63,190 bases of DNA, filler included, from Reclinomonas americana ATCC 50394 (GCA_048213135.1; 4 parts of 3 records of this genome joined end to end with filler, not necessarily neighbours in it); one strand, 5' to 3'; positions 24,412 to 37,829 are shown, numbered from the whole stretch's first letter. Numbers and translations: made by a program. The notes: generated from the sequence alone by a model not told the origin.

Positions 24412-25790
24412 ATGCGCCTGGTGTGGTGTTCGCATCTACACTGTGGTTTGGCTGAACTGCATGCTGTGCGTTGCACCGCTCACCAGTTGACACACAGTGA
24501 ATGAATAGACTTGGCGCACCGGTTCTGTCACAGCAGGAGAAAGAACAAGAAGACGAGAGTGCGTTGCGCGCGCTCCACTATGTGAGGAGAAATAATCAAT
24601 ATTCGCATATCTTTGTCTAACACCTCAACTCTGCAGACATAACTTCGGTGGTGGAGTCGGTCATGTGCCAGAGGTTGATGGAGGCCTCCATGGCTGTAGA
24701 TCTTCTAACTCATGCACACACGCAGTGAGTTTTTCCGCACTTTTTTTGACTGTTGCTGCGAAAGGCGGTCGCTCACCGTCGGACACGCACGCCACAATTG
24801 TCGACGTCTCCCGAGCGCGGAGTGAGTCAGGCCGCCACATCGACCACCCGCTTGCGTCTACTTGTTGCTCCTTTTAGTTGTGTATGTGCTGCTGAGGGCC
24901 GTTTGCGCGGCTCCCAAGATTCGAATATGCGATGCGAATCCTTGCGAAAGGCAACGTGAGCGACAAGGCCCACTGCTCTGGTGGGCATGCACATGCGCGC
25001 GCACCTGGTCGTCAGTGTTCGGTAGTGTTGAAGTTGCAGTATCGCGTTTAGGAGAAGCCGGCAAGGGTGCGCGTGCAAGCTGTATTGGGGTATGAGGGGA
25101 AGAGAAGGGAATGGGAGTGGGAAGGGGGGGGGGAGGAGAGAGAGAGAGAGAGAGGAGGGAGGGAGGGAGGGAGGGTAGGGTAGGGTGGGNNNNNNNNNNN
25201 NNNNNNNNNNNNNNNNNNNNNNNNNNNNNNNNNNNNNNNNNNNNNNNNNNNNNNNNNNNNNNNNNNNNNNNNNNNNNNNNNNNNNNNNNNNNNNNNNNNN
25301 NNNNNNNNNNNNNNNNNNNNNNNNNNNNNNNNNNNNNNNNNNNNNNNNNNNNNNNNNNNNNNNNNNNNNNNNNNNNNNNNNNNNNNNNNNNNNNNNNNNN
25401 NNNNNNNNNNNNNNNNNNNNNNNNNNNNNNNNNNNNNNNNNNNNNNNNNNNNNNNNNNNNNNNNNNNNNNNNNNNNNNNNNNNNNNNNNNNNNNNNNNNN
25501 NNNNNNNNNNNNNNNNNNNNNNNNNNNNNNNNNNNNNNNNNNNNNNNNNNNNNNNNNNNNNNNNNNNNNNNNNNNNNNNNNNNNNNNNNNNNNNNNNNNN
25601 NNNNNNNNNNNNNNNNNNNNNNNNNNNNNNNNNNNNNNNNNNNNNNNNNNNNNNNNNNNNNNNNNNNNNNNNNNNNNNNNNNNNNNNNNNNNNNNNNNNN
25701 NNNNNNNNNNNNNNNNNNNNNNNNNNNNNNNNNNNNNNNNNNNNNNNNNNNNNNNNNNNNNNNNNNNNNNNNNNNNNNNNNNNNNNNNNN

Positions 25791-25821
<31 letters not shown>

Positions 25822-25824
25822 CAC

Positions 25825-25916
<92 letters not shown>

Positions 25917-26328
25917 CCGCACACACACACACACCTTTCATGCAACAACAAATCGAACATGAGTCCCTCTCTCCCTCGCTCGCGCATTCTCTCACGCCCC
26001 GCACTCTCTTCCTCACTCATCCATGGCACGTGTCACAGCAGGCGACCATCAAGCACGGGCGGAAAGAGACGTCGGTGTCCTGCATGACATTGATGACACG
26101 CACAGCACAACGTACACCGCCACGAGAACAAGCCGACAGTGTGTGTGTGAGACGTGTGTGCAACAAGGTACATCGTGCTGAAGTGTGAGAAAAGAAACAA
26201 AGAACTGCAACGAGAAGACGTCGGTGAGTTGTATTTTGAGTGAGTGGGGGACGCTTTTTGTTCGCATGCTTCTCGTTGTCTTTTCTCTCTCTCATCGCTT
26301 GTCACTCACTGCCTTGTGTGTGTCGCAG

Positions 26329-28096
26329 TTCATTGTGCATGTGAGCGCGGCACATGATTCATCGCTGGCGGGGTGTGGTGGCGGGCATCGGGCATGTCCA
26401 CTCTCGCGGACTTGCTGCACGAGGCCACACGCTTGATGCGTGAGAAGACTGGAGATGAGGCGGTGGAGATTGTGGGAGTGGAGAAGCCTGCTCCATATGA
26501 TGTGGCAGTCGTGGGTGGTGTGCCGCCTGCTGGACTCGACATCAACTCATCCACTCATCTCGTCCTCCGTCTGACACCTGGCGTGGCGCTGCAGTCTAGT
26601 GGCGCGGGGGAGCGGGGATGAGGGCGGAAGGTGTGTGCTTGGGATGTGTTGGATCACCTCTTCGCGCCAAACTTGTTGCTCACTCTCGTGTCCCCGCACA
26701 GCTACTCGGAGCGAATGACTCGGTTTGTTTCTTGCCTTCGTCATCCTCCACTCTCTCTTCCTTGTTCTTCCACTCGGACTGAGTCTGTGCTGATTGTGTT
26801 TGTGTGTGCGCACAGCATGATCAACTCGCAGCGCATCAACATGGCCTTTGAGGTGGAGAAGGAGGCCGTGCGTCTGCGCTGTCAACGCGCACTGGCGCAG
26901 TTCAGTCGCGATCATGCCGACTTTGATGTGCGGGCGTGGGTGCCCAGTTTCGCACCTGCTGGCACGGATGCAGTGGCCGGGAAGGCGTGGCGTGAGCGAC
27001 ATGCTCCACTCCACCCCTCCCGAGTCAAGTTGTTTGACGAGAAGCAGCCTGTGATGTTGGCCTGGCGTGCTGCGTTCGACGCCGACCCCTCGTTCGACCC
27101 TCCGTGTGACGGCTTCGACACGACGGCACTCACCTCCATCATGCTGTATGGTGGCTTTGTTGAGGATGACGGTCGCAAGCTGCTGCTGGTTGACGATGCT
27201 GATGAACGGAAGGCGGTGGAGAAGGGTTGGCTCACAAGGATCTCGTGGTGACGGACTTCAGTGTGCGGCAATACCTTGGGGATGGTGGTGTCTTCCTCTC
27301 CATCCTCTCTCGACTGCAGTTGACGGCTGAGGAGCAAGCTCGATTCTTTGCTCGTGTCTGTGAGGCACGTCGCGCTCGACACATCGTGGACACATTTGAG
27401 GAGCGATTGCACCGACTGGCGGTGCGTGAGCTCTCATTCTACCAGCACGACGAGGGTGTGCGCAAGGACATGCAGATGTCTGTGCCACTGCTGTGCTCAC
27501 GTGAGCGTGACGTCTCATCGAGCGACAGCATGCAGGATCTGTTGACGGAGGTGGATGCTTTCCTCTCCGGCGCCAACACCACGCAGCGTGTGCTGGTGCT
27601 GTTTGGCAACAGTTGCGCCGGCAAGACCATTACCATGTCGGTGCTGGCTGATCGAGCATGGCGGCAGTGGCAGGCGGGAGAGAGTCGACGAGTGCCTGTG
27701 CGTGTGCCTCTCAGTGCTCTGCGCAATGCTGATGAGCGATTGTTGGAGGAGGCATTGGAGCGACTGTCACCCGAGTTGGGATTCAGCGAGTCAGATGTGC
27801 GTCGATTGAAGGAGGAACCACTGTTGTTGTTGCTTGATGGGTACGATGAGTTGTACCGTGGTGTGAATCTGTTTGTCAAGAATCAGTTGGATGCGTCTGT
27901 GTGTCGCGATGTGAAGGTGATTATCACTTGTCGCGGCGATTACGCACTGACGGCACTGGGTGGCGTGACTCAGTATCGTCGGTACTTTGCTCCGGTGGAT
28001 GCACGAGGACAGTTGTGCATGCAGCAGCTGATGGAGAGACACATTGCACCATTTAGCAAGGAGCAGAGTGAGGAGTATATTGGGCGAACGGTGTAG
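26329..28096 (+). CDS. NACHT/STAND NTPase protein, C-terminally truncated, with a possible N-terminal ubiquitin-like domain (possible pseudogene)
   Basis: Walker A RVLVLFGNSCAGKT, VPVRVPLSAL, Walker B LLLLLDGYDEL, sensor VKVIITCRGDY, and IAPFSKEQSEEYI followed by TAG. Apparent frameshifts near 26372 and 27237. An upstream exon contains STLADLL...SSTHLVLRL. Confidence 0.75.
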
Positions 28097-28139
28097 GATG
28101 GTGGTGACGATGATGAGGTGCGGTGGTCGACTGCCTGTG

Positions 28140-31100
28140 CATGGACTGGATGCATTTGTGTCGAATTCCTTCATGCTGGCACCGGTGTCTCGTGGATCGT
28201 ATTTTGTGTGGTTTGTGAAGCGCCATTCGTGATGCTGGTGTTTTGTATGTTTCTTGCTGATGACATTGTTGTTTGTATGTGTGTGTGTCTTTTGTTTGTG
28301 TTCAGTTACTTGTATGGCGGTGTGGGCACGCCTGTGCAAGTCGGCAGCACTTCGTTGCTTGTGGCCGCAGCGCAGTCATTTGGCGGAGCGGCGTCGGCTC
28401 GCGAGGTCGTCGTGGCGACGACTGCGGAGAGCTCTGTGCCTGTTGGATCATTCTATGTGTGGTGAGACGAGGGGAAGGTAGAGGGGGGAGGAGAAGGGAA
28501 TGGACGGGAAGGGAATGGAGGAGAAGGGAAAGGAGGAGAGGGGGGAGAAGGGAGGAGAAGGGAATGGAGGGGAAGAGAGGAGAAGGGAGGTGGAGGAAGA
28601 GAAGAGAGAAGGGAAGAGGAGAGGGGAAGAAGAGAGAGAGAAAAGAGGAGGTGAGAGATGAGATGGAGAGAATAGAAACTGGGACTAATGAGAATGTGCG
28701 GTTGTTTTCCGTGTGCGAGAGCTTGTGCAGTATGACTGTGTGTATATGTGAGTTAGTGAGCGAGGGCGAGAGAGTGAGACCTGCTCAGCTGGCAGGGATA
28801 AAAAGGATGTGACGGGAGGAGGAATGGGGAAGCAACGGTGAAAAGAATGAGTGAGTTGTAAGATGCGGTATGTGGCCGGAGAGACACTTAGAATGAAAAC
28901 ACGTTTGTTGAGCGAGGTGCACGAGAATACGTTGGAATGGAGCCCCGTATTGCAGAGGATAGTGGATGGACTTTGTAGACTGGAGACATTTGCATCGACT
29001 GAATGAGCATTCCTGGTCGTCTTTGGCGGTTTCTTTGCGTCGAAAGCATGTTTTCCTTTCTGTTACTCTCTGCGAGAAGTGAGCTTGAGTCAGCGTATTC
29101 TTTCACTCACTCTGTGGATTACAGTATTCAATTGGTGGCGTCGGATCGTTAACTGCCGTCGCCGGTGGCCAACTTACCGTCTGTGAGTACGAGTGGAGAG
29201 TGCGAAGAGTGCAGAGATCGAAATGAGTTGCTCATGTGCTTGTGTTTTCGGCAGTACCATTGCCAACATTTTCGATTCCGACGTCTGGCTCATCGTACAC
29301 GGTGACAATTGGCAACACGACCACTATGGGTACGGTCACCCAGCATATCATGCTCACATTCATCATCCTTCTCATTCTCATGCATCTGTCTGTAGTCACT
29401 GGCGCAACAACATCGAGCACAATCGGTCTTCGCGTCGGTTTGTCCGGACAAGTGGTGGTGTTGACGGTGCCAGTGGCCTCGTTCCCCTTTGCCACACCGT
29501 CATTTACACTGTTCAAGAACGCCGACTGCCGCGGAAATGTGGCCACCATTATTAGCGGCTTCAACATCGCGTCTGATGGCACGACCTATACCATCACATG
29601 GACATTCGACACGACTGGAGTGCCAACACCAACGAAGCAGCAGTTGTGCCTGTCATCCACTGACCTGGCAGGCTACTTTTGCCTGGCGTCTGTATCCATT
29701 TGTTACGTGCATGCTGAAGATATTTTGCTGTCAAGTTTGCATCATCTCATTCTAGCGAGGTGAATATGCAGATCGTGTCAAGAGCACTTCCGCGCCTTCC
29801 ATATCCCAGGGCATCAAGTCGCAAACGGGTGTCTTGTCGGGTGGGGACTTCCCATTGCTGGCTACAAAGTGCCGCCAATGGCAGGAATCCAGTCACACCT
29901 GGCGACACGCCACTGGCATTCTTCCTGTCACTCGCCACCGACTGTTCGTCGATGGACTTGCGGGCGGCTGCCTTTGTGGTCACTGCTGTGTCGCCGACGC
30001 GTATTACGGCTACGGTTTCCACCATTTCTGCGGTCTCTCTCGCCTCATGTACGCTGGATCCGCCTGGCACGTATCAGATTTGTGGTCGGTGTGTTACGGA
30101 GGGAAAGAGGGAAGGGAGGGGAGGGGAGGGGAGGGGGAGGGAGACAAAGACAGGGAGGAGGGAGGGGACAGGAGGAACGACGGTGAAGAAAGAGATACGG
30201 GGGGAGAGAGAGAGGACAGTGCTGTTGAGAGAGATGTGTGGGCGAGGGGAAATGGTGAAGGAGAATTGGCGTGAGAGTGGATGGTGTGGTGCAGAAAGAT
30301 CAAAGCAGTGGGTGCCGGGAGGAGAGATGAAGTAAAGCGGGAGAGGCAGGTGAGCCACGAAGTAGACCGTCTGTATGTGCGAGAGAAATGGTAGGATGTG
30401 AATGAGAGGGCGGCTGCGAGAGGCAAAAGTGAGTGAGGGGCTGCAGGTGAGCCACGTATGTGCGAGAGACATGGTAGGATGTGAATGAGAGGGCGGCTGC
30501 GAGAGGCAAGAGGGCTGAGGAGCAGGAGGCAAATGAGAGTGAGAGGCTGCAGGTGAGCCACGTATGTGCGAGAGATGCGCGAGGATGTGAATGAGAGGCC
30601 AGTTGCGAGAGGCAAGAGGGCTGAGGAGCAATAGGGAAAATGAGTGAGAGGCTGCAGGTGAGCCACGTATGTGCGAGAGATGCGCGAGGATGTGAATGAG
30701 AGCGCGGTTGCGAGAGGCAAGAGGGCTGAGGAACAGTAGGAAAAGTGAGGGAGAGGCTGCAGGTGAGCCACGAATGTGCGAAAGATATGTGAGGATGTGA
30801 ATGAGAGGGCGGCTGCGAGAAGCAAGAGGGCTGAGGAACAGTAGGCAACTGACAGTGAGAGACTGCATGCGCGAATGAGTTGGACTTTTTGTCATTCTCT
30901 TTCATGTTCAACGAGAAAAGTGGAAGGATAAGAGAGAATGCGATTGATCTATCGACGTTTCACCACCGTCGACTATTCCACTGACAAAATATCTGCGCAC
31001 AGCTTCCAAGACGGCTGGTATGTGCCTCTCGGTGTTACATTGACCATCACGACCGTCACCGACCCCAATGTCGGCTTCATTTCTCCAAAGTCGTTGCTTC

Positions 31101-34100
31101 TCGGTGTGCCAACTACGCTGGTGTTGCATTCGCCATCGCGCACGCTGTCGAGTTGCTCTCGTTTCAAGGTGGTCGACGCTGGGTCCGACTGCAATGGTCC
31201 GGCTTCGGGTGAGTGCTGATAATGAGAAGATTCTGCGCGGGCGGTGGGTGGAGGAGATCTTTTCTCAAGGTTCACCCTCTTTGCATATCTCTCTCTCGTC
31301 AGCGGCCCTTGCGCTTACGGCCTTCCAAGACGGCGTGTTTGATGCGTCGTCATGCTTCTATGGATCTGTTGCTGGCGGCTGTGGACAGTTCAAGGTGCAG
31401 CTCACGAGCTCCAAGTCGGTACATGCCACGTTCTGTGTGGCAACCACTCCAGGGGCGACATACAAGGCGGTGTCGAACAGCGACATTCGTGTTACCTCGG
31501 GTATGCTGGTGCAGACGTCGTCGGTGGTGGCCAACTAGGCGGGTACAATTGTTGCGTGGTGAAGAGGGAAGGATGTAAAGAGGGAAGGGAGAAAAGAGGG
31601 AAGGGGGGAAAGAGGGACGGGAGGTGAAGAGGGAAGGGGGGTAAAGAGGGAAGGGGGGTAAAGAGGGAAGGAGGTAAAGAGGGAAGGGAGAAAAGAGGGA
31701 AGTTGGAGGAGGGAGTTTCGACAAGGAGAAGGGAGGGAGATAATGGGCGATGTGGAAGGATGTGAGACGAGGAGAAGAGAGGTAAAGAGGGAAGGGGGAG
31801 GGAGGGAGGTGAGGCAAGGAGAAGGGGGGTTTTGAAGGCATTTTTTGTGGAACAGACAGAGGGTGGAAGTGTGTTGATGGGAACAAGGGAGAGAGAAACA
31901 GGCTGAAGAAAGTATGTTGAATTTGTGTGTATTGCAAGAGAGGAAAAGGCAGGAGGGAGAAAGGGAACAGATTAGCTTTGGAAGTGTGTGGATGTAAACG
32001 CGCTGGCGAGTGTAACAAAAAGGAGTGTGTCCGTGGAGTGCTTGTGGCGCAAGAGAGGACCGTCAGGGGATGGATAGGTTGTGGCAGTTTGTAGATGTGG
32101 ATGCAAACGATTGAGAGAATGACAGTGCCAAGAATGGAAAGGAGAAAGAGGAGAAAAGGAGACGGATTGGTTGTGGCAGTGAGTGTGTTGATGGAGATGT
32201 GAAGGAGAGAGAAACAGAGAGAAGTGTGTCTGTGGAGATTGGATGGCAAGAGAGGATCGTCAGAGGGGGGGAGGGAAAGGATGAGTCGTGGTCGACAGTG
32301 CGTGCTTGAATGCAAGGAAGAGAGAATCAAAAGAGAAGTGAGTTCGAGGAGATTGCGTGTGGCATGCGAAGAAATGCAGAGGGGGGAGGGAAAGGATTCG
32401 TCGTGCTAGATACCGTGTGGATGGATGCAAGGGAGAGGAGAATAATGTCTGTGGAAATATGTGTGTGTGTGACAGAGAGAACCGTCCGATGGGGAAGAAA
32501 ATGATATGTGTGGATGGATGCAAGAGCGAGGAGAAGAATGTCTCTGGAAGTATATGCGTGTGACAGAGAGAATCGACAGAGGAGGGATGGAGCGGATTGG
32601 TTGCGGTTGAGGGTGTACACATGGGAATGCATTGGAGAGAGAAACACAGAGGAGAATGTCTGCGGAGGCTGCTTGTGTGTGTGGCAAGGGAGGATCATCA
32701 GACGTGGGAAGGGAAATGATACCTTCTTATGGTAGTGTGGATGAGAATGCATTGTACAGTTAGTAACAAAAAGAAGTGTGCCGTGGAGGCAGTGCGTGTG
32801 GTAAGAGAGGATCGTCAGAGGTGGGAAGGGAAATGATACTTTGTGGCAGTGTGGATGAGAATGCATTGGCGAGATAGTAACAGTAGGAAGTGTGCCGTGG
32901 AGGCTGTGTGTGTGGCAAGTCAGCTGGGGAAATGGATATAATATGTTGTGGTAGTGTGTGGATTGGATGCCATTGAGAGGGTTACAAAGCGAGCGCTGTC
33001 AATGGAGGTTGATTCTGTATGCGAGAGAGAAAGGTTGGAGGGAGAAGAGAGGAAGGACAGTTTGTCAATATTTGTGGTATTGTGTGACGACGGTAAGAAG
33101 GAGAGAGTGAGAAAGGAGGAGCGCATCAGTGGAGATGGGTCTCCTACGAGAGTGAGAAACCGACTGGGGAGAGGGAAAGATTAGTTGTTCCCCTGTGTGA
33201 TGTGAATGGACCGCATGAGAGGACGGGTTGTGGGTGACAGGAGTGGAAGACTTGAGGAGGGGGAATGGCTGAGACTTTAGGGAGTGCGTGCTTGGGGATT
33301 CAACAGATGAGTGACATAGAGGATTGAAAGTCAACTCTGCGTGCGAAGAGAGGAGGTGGGGGACAGAAAGGAAATGTTGAGGTGCTGTTGATGAGAGTGA
33401 GTCAGAGAGTTTATGTGTGAACCAGAGAGGAGTGACGGAGGAGCGGGTTGGATAGCATGTCATTCTCAATCACACGGTGTCCACGGCTTGCATGCTGACG
33501 TTTGCTTCCTGATTGTGCGACAGATGAGCACTGGCACTGGCACTCGCTCCGTGGAGATCACGCACCGCTTTGTGCAATCGTTCCCGGCGATTCCCACTGT
33601 GCTCTTTGGCATCTCCGCTCTCTCCAATACGATTGAGGGCGACACTGACATTCGCTGCGCAAGGCCGTCGGTCACCAATTTTATGCTGACGGTGCAATGC
33701 TCGGCACTCGGCACTGCGCAGTTCGACTCGCTCATTACCAGTTTCGTGAGATCGATTTAGTTCTCATGCACACTTGCATGAAACTCACGACCTGCGTGGC
33801 AGATTTCATCGCCATGTACGCGGACCCTGCCGCGACGTACACACACGACAACGAGTTGCCGCGTCAGAAAGCTGCCAATGAGTGGCTGAGCCTGGCCACC
33901 GACAAGAATTTCACCACGGTTATGTTGATGCATGCGGACTTTTACATGGTCCTTGGACTCATTCATCGCAACCACGCGGCTGTGTGAGCAGGAAGTGGTG
34001 AATGCCCATGCGTTCGGGTTTGATGAGATTCCGTCGATTGCGCTGGCGCTGACGGGCGTGCGGTCCATTCGACTCGATTCGAGTGGCACGGCACGCAGCG

Positions 34101-34694
34101 ACAACTTTGAGGTGGCCGTCGGTGAGGCGGCCGCGGCCACCTCGCAGGTGTTGATGACAGTGCGCGGCGATAGTCGCGTGCAGGCGTTGGAGCTGCGTTC
34201 CATGCTGGTGGGATGGCGGCTGGTGCCGCGTGACAATTCCAGTGGCTACGTATACGTGATGGTTTCGGGAGGTGAGTTTGTCTGCGAAGATTTGCAGGCA
34301 GTTGTGCACGATTACTGACATGGATCACCGTCATGTTGCAGAGAGCACGCTGGTGGGAAACGCGCCGGTGGTGGTCACCCTCATCAGCCGTCAATCAACC
34401 CGCGGGTTGAAACAGACTGATTTGCACACCGCCGCATTCTTGCGCGGATGGAAGACGACCGGCACGGGTGCATCGCAGGTCAATCCGTCGATTTTGCCGA
34501 CAGATGTGGTTCCGTCGCAAGGCAGCGCGTCGAGTGGAGCGTACGGGCAGCTGACGGTGACGGCGAGTAGTGGGGCGAGAAAGGAGAAGGGAGGGCAAGG
34601 AGGAAGGGAGGGAGGGAGAGAGGGGGGGGCGAGGAGTTGGGGAGGTGTGGAGGAGAGGTATGTGACGTGGGTGGCGATTGGCATCTCGGCGTGA
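28140..34694 (+). CDS. Extracellular beta-rich multi-exon protein with C-terminal H-type-lectin-like domains; 5' end not identified
   Basis: Ser/Thr/Gly-rich exons with repeated GxYxVCY..GGVG motifs. The exon at 33524 reads TRSVEITHRFVQSFPAIPTVLFGISALS...RCARPSVTNFMLTV...SLITNFIA (H-lectin pattern). Two more degenerate copies follow, ending YVTWVAIGISA*. Confidence 0.6.
30345..30845. repeat. ~110-115-bp intronic tandem repeat, about 5 copies
   Basis: gcaggtgagccacgtatgtgcgagaga...ggatgtgaatgagagggcggctgcgagaggcaagagggctgagga recurs near 30347, 30443, 30548, 30654 and 30759. Confidence 0.85.
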
Positions 34695-35021
34695 GAGAGG
34701 AGAAGGGAGGGGTTTGTGGAAGGGAAGTAGGTGGTGAATACGCAGGAACGGAATGAAAACAGAGAAATTATGGGGCAAGTGGGTGTGGAGGGAAGGGAGG
34801 GCAAGGAGGAAGGGAGGGGGAAGGGAGGGGGAAGGGAGGGGAGAAGGGAGGGGGAAGGGAGGGGCACGCAAAGAGAGAGAAAGTGAAAAGGAGACAGAGT
34901 TGCGAATAAAAACAGAAAGAGAGAAAGAGAAAAACAGACAGATGTGCGGAGAGAGTGAGAGAGAAGAGTAAAGGAAAATGAGACTTGAGAGAGAGAGAGA
35001 ACGGCGAGAGTGCAATACAAA

Positions 35022-37829
35022 CCGGCGCTGAGAGTCGGGCGATCACTTGAGAGCTGTCAATTCCACCAGCGACACCATGCGCACCAACAAGAGTGGTCAC
35101 CACGCCACTGGCTGTCACGCTCCGCACCACGTTGTTTGTAGGCTGCGAAATGAATTTGAGTGACTTTGCAAGAAAAGAAGACAAACATGCGATAATCACT
35201 CAACGTCCGTCACGTACAACACGTCAGACACCGGCTCGTAAGCGATTCCAACTGGATCCGCGAAGAGTGCCAGCGTTCCAGTGGCGTCGACGTAGCCTGG
35301 CGAACCCACGGCGCCAACCCACGTGCTCACCGCCAGCGTCACGAGGTCGAGTTTGCGCACGGCACTATTGCCGTTGTCGGTCACATACAGTACACGCCGC
35401 ACAGTGTCGACCGCCACACCGGTAGGGGTGGAGAAGCGCGCGGCGCTACCCACACCACCGCTGGAGCCGGCGGTGCCCGCCAGACCAGCGAGTGTGGTCA
35501 CCACACCGCCAACAAGGGTCATGCGGCGAATGGTATGGTTGTTGCCGTCGGCGACATACACGTTTTCGGAGCCGGCAGTAAAATCAATGGCGATACCCAG
35601 TGGGCTGTTGAAACGCGCCGAGGTCCGGATACCGTCCGCAGAGCCGGAGGATCCACTCACACCGGCGACAGTGGAGGTCAGCAGGCCATTGCTCGAGATT
35701 TTGCGCAGCGAATGATTCACGCGCTAAGCAAGTGACAGAAAAACAGTCGTCGTCAGTAACACCTGTGAGTACAGGGAGAAGTACCACAGGTGGATGCAAA
35801 CGCAACGTCCGAGATGTAGATTTCACCACGCAGCAAGTCCGTCGCAACACCACATGGACTGCACGCACGTGTCAATGACAGCAGAAAAAGACGTGCAATG
35901 AGGAAGGAGGAAAGAGGAGAAGAGAGGAGCAAAGAGGAGAAGAACGGATAAGTGAGGAGAAGTGAGGAGAAGAGTGGAGAAGAGTGGAGAAGAGTGGAGA
36001 AGAGTGGAGAAGAGTGGAGAAGAGTGGAAGAATGGAGAAGAGTGGAGAAGAGTGGAGAAGAGTAGAGAAGAGTGGAGAGGAGTGGAGAAGAGTGGAGAAC
36101 AGTGAAGCTATACACTCACTTGCGGAAAGTCGCCTGCGTTATGGGGTTCCCATCTGCTGAGCCGGGAACGCCCACCTGTCCGGCAATTGTCTGCACCACG
36201 CCACTTGTAGTCACAGAGCGAACGATATGGTTGCTGCAGAGAATAAATGGGGAAATGTGAGTGCACAACTGGCGGGGACGACTGCAAGAACAATATAGAA
36301 CAGGACAACCCAGAAAATGCAATGAACAAGCAATGGTAAGCAACACCGCCGACAGGAAAGAGACAAAAAATAAAGGGAACCTGCGATTTGCTCGACTAAC
36401 TTAGTCATAAACTACATCCCACTATGCGTAGCACTGCAGCTGGTCTGGGTGTGTGTGCGTGTGTGTATGTGTGTGTGTGTGCGTGCATGCGCGTGTGTGT
36501 GTGTGTGTGTGTGTTTGTGCGTACTTAAATTGCGCAACTTTGGATCCGCCACAATATAATTCCCTCCAGCATCGAGCGCGACACTCTGCATGATGTCAGT
36601 CAGCTACAGTCCCGTCACTCGCAGAGAGAATAATGTGAAACACTTACCTCGGGGTGAGAGAACGTCGCTAACGAGCCAGTGCCGTCGGCAAAACCCGTAG
36701 TAAATACCGGTGATCCGGCGAGTGTGGACACATTCACCTCCGAGTCAAAGGCAGTCGCAGACAGCGCATACTCAAACGATGCGCTCACAGTGCCGGTGCC
36801 ACTGGCATCGACCGTGCCGGCGAGTGTGACAGCAGTCGACGTGATGCCACTAGCCGCACCCGTGATTGCCGTCGCACCTGTCAAGTATCACGATGTCAGA
36901 CATATGGCGCTTCGCGAGGAGAGAGAGTGAAGACGCACCACTCGTGATGAATGAATCCGCCGATCCATAAAGATCGTAGTCGGTGGCGGCTCGGAAGTAG
37001 TACAACGTGCTCGGATGCAGTCGAGCAAGGGTTGTCAGAATGCTGGTGTCCGACGATCCGGTGGCAGACGACGGCGAGGCGGTGAATGGAACCGCAGACA
37101 GTGCCACTCGTCGAATCAGCAAGTTTGCCGTATCTGTTGCACATAGAAAAGAAAATGAGATGAGCATAGAGTATTTGAAGGGCACGGTAATGCAAGCAAA
37201 CCAACGAACCGGCCACCAACAAACTCCCGTTCGTGGGTTCGTATGCGATGCCAGTCTGTGCGAGACACACGGTGCGTGAGAAGAGGCACAGACATAGATC
37301 TCCCTCTTCTGTCCCTCTACTGAAAGAGCTGACGCACCGGCGATGAAAAGAGGGCGGTGTATCCGGCAGTGCCGGTGAATCCAGTGGCAGAGGTTCCGGA
37401 GCCGGCCAATGTGGTGACGACGCCCGACGCTGAGATTTGACGCACGCACTGATTGCCAGCCTGTGATACACACACAGAGAGAGAGAGAGAGAGAGGAGAG
37501 AGACAGAGAGAGAGAGAGAGAGGAGAGAGCGGTAGTACGACCACTACGAGTAGGTTGGGACTAATTAAACGTAAAGGGTAGGGTACTACCAACTAACGTT
37601 CGGACGAAACGAAACTACTCGTGGTACGGAAACNNNNNNNNNNNNNNNNNNNNNNNNNNNNNNNNNNNNNNNNNNNNTTAATTAATTAANNNNNNNNNNN
37701 NNNNNNNNNNNNNNNNNNNNNNNNNNNNNNNNNGTACGGTACGGACGGACCGACCGACGTCGACGTACGTACGTACGTACGACGACGTACGTACGTACGT
37801 ACGTACGTACGACGACGTACGTACGTAGA

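Noticed and set aside
28091-28117. In-frame TAG after the NACHT as evidence of stop-codon reassignment
   Set aside because: Single instance; over 2000 codons of long exons elsewhere contain no in-frame TAG.
31540-33500. 2-kb purine-rich tract with degenerate repeats as a mobile element
   Set aside because: No transposase/RT motifs, terminal repeats or target-site duplication visible; treated as a long intron.
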